Made by a program: the position numbers and the translations under genes
The notes under the pieces: model-generated
Databases searched by the model: none
What the model saw: the letters and a program-made list of their open reading frames with translations, nothing else
Told to the model about the DNA's origin: nothing
Shown: piece by piece, positions 62,292 to 64,000 of the stretch
Layout: each line of letters begins with the position of its first letter
Numbering within the stretch: the first letter of the stretch is position 1
Assembly (NCBI RefSeq): GCF_009914755.1
Contig: NC_060938.1
Reading direction: 5' to 3' (one strand)
DNA from: the human T2T-CHM13v2.0 reference genome, Homo sapiens
DNA: 64,000 bases

Positions 62292-63069
62292 GACGGGTAC
62301 AAACAAGCCCAGACTGTAAATATTATAATAAATACCTAAATTTTCAATGTCCAGACACTGAAAAACATCCAGAAGCATAAAGACCATCCAGGAAATCATT
62401 ACCTCCCAAACAAACTAGATAAGGCACCACAGACCAATCCTGGAGAAACAGAGGTATGTGACCTCACAGCAAACTCAAATGGAAATTTTGAATTTGAATT
62501 CTCTGTCTGTGAATTCAAATTTCTATTTGAATTCTCTGTGAGGTTACATACCTCTGTTTTTCCAGAATTGATAGCTCAAATATATTCAAGATAACATAGA
62601 GGAAGGAATTTAGATTTCTTTCAGATAAATTTAACAAAGAGATTGAAATAATTAATAATCGAACAGAAATTATGGAGTTGAAAAATGTAATTGACTTACT
62701 GAAGAATGCACAGACTGTTTTAATAGCAGAATTTATTAAGAAGAAGAAATAAATAGTGAAATTGAAGATAGATTATTTGAAAATAGAGTCAGAGGAAACA
62801 AAAGAAAAAAGAATGAAAAACAAAGAATCACACCTACAAGATCTAAAAAAGAGCCTGAAAAGTTCAAATCTAAGAATGATTGGTCATAGAGGCAAAATAG
62901 AGAAAGAGATAGAGGTAGAAGTTTTGTTTAAATTGATGATATAATAACAGAGAACCCCCAAAACATAAAGAGATTAATATCCAAGTCCATGAATATTATA
63001 GAACAGCAAGCAGATTTATCCCAAAAAAGACTACCTCTGGGTATTTAATAATCAAATCCCCAAAGATTA

Positions 63070-63508
<439 letters not shown>

Positions 63509-64000
63509 AAAAGTGTTGAAGGAAAAAAAAAATACCCTGGAACATTATATCTGGTAAAAATGTCCTTCAAACATGAAGGAGAAATAAAGACTTTTCTAGA
63601 CAAACAAAAGCTGAGGGATTTCATCAATACCAGACCAGTCCTACAAGAAATGCTGAAGGGAATACTTAAATCAGAAGGAAAAGGACATTAATGAGCAATA
63701 AATAATCCTCTGAAGGTACAAAACTTACTGGTAATAGTAAGTACACTAAAAAACACAGATATTATAACACTGTAACTGTGGTATGTAACACACTCTCATC
63801 TTAAGTAGACAGACTAAGAGATCTACCAAACAAAGATAGTAACTGAAACTTTTTAAGACATAGACAGTACAATAAGTTATACATGAAAACAATAAAAAGT
63901 TAAAAGTTGGGGGGATGAAGTTAAGGTATAGAGTTTATATTGGTTTTCTTTTTGTTTGTTCATGCAAACAGTGTTATCAGCTTAAAATAATTGGTTTTAA

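Overview
AT-rich primate (AluY present, so catarrhine, probably human) euchromatin dominated by interspersed repeats: L1 (L1PA, L1PB/MA, L1M/ME), about 15 Alus, ERVL-MaLR LTRs (MSTA, THE1, MLT1; two keep both LTRs plus internal sequence), L2, MIR and DNA transposon relics. Most ORFs in the supplied track are repeat-derived and none is a credible complete gene. In the unique sequence there is a chain of six short GT-AG exons on the + strand (2533-2597, 3278-3311, 30396-30455, 36009-36064, 36203-36258, 54200 onward, with AATAAA at 54545). They splice in phase into a stop-free peptide of about 106 aa, the likely 3' end of a multi-exon gene I cannot name. Skipping one exon would end the protein in SENSKDEL. 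The most striking unexplained structure is a 246-bp gap-free inverted repeat (14382-14627 / 15815-16060, 87% identical). Its TE flanks suggest an old inversion with duplicated breakpoints. Also seen: a probable L1 3' transduction, a twin-primed L1 with a ~1.1-kb deletion, several template-switch hairpins and an Alu trimer. Repeat subfamily calls are by eye and approximate.
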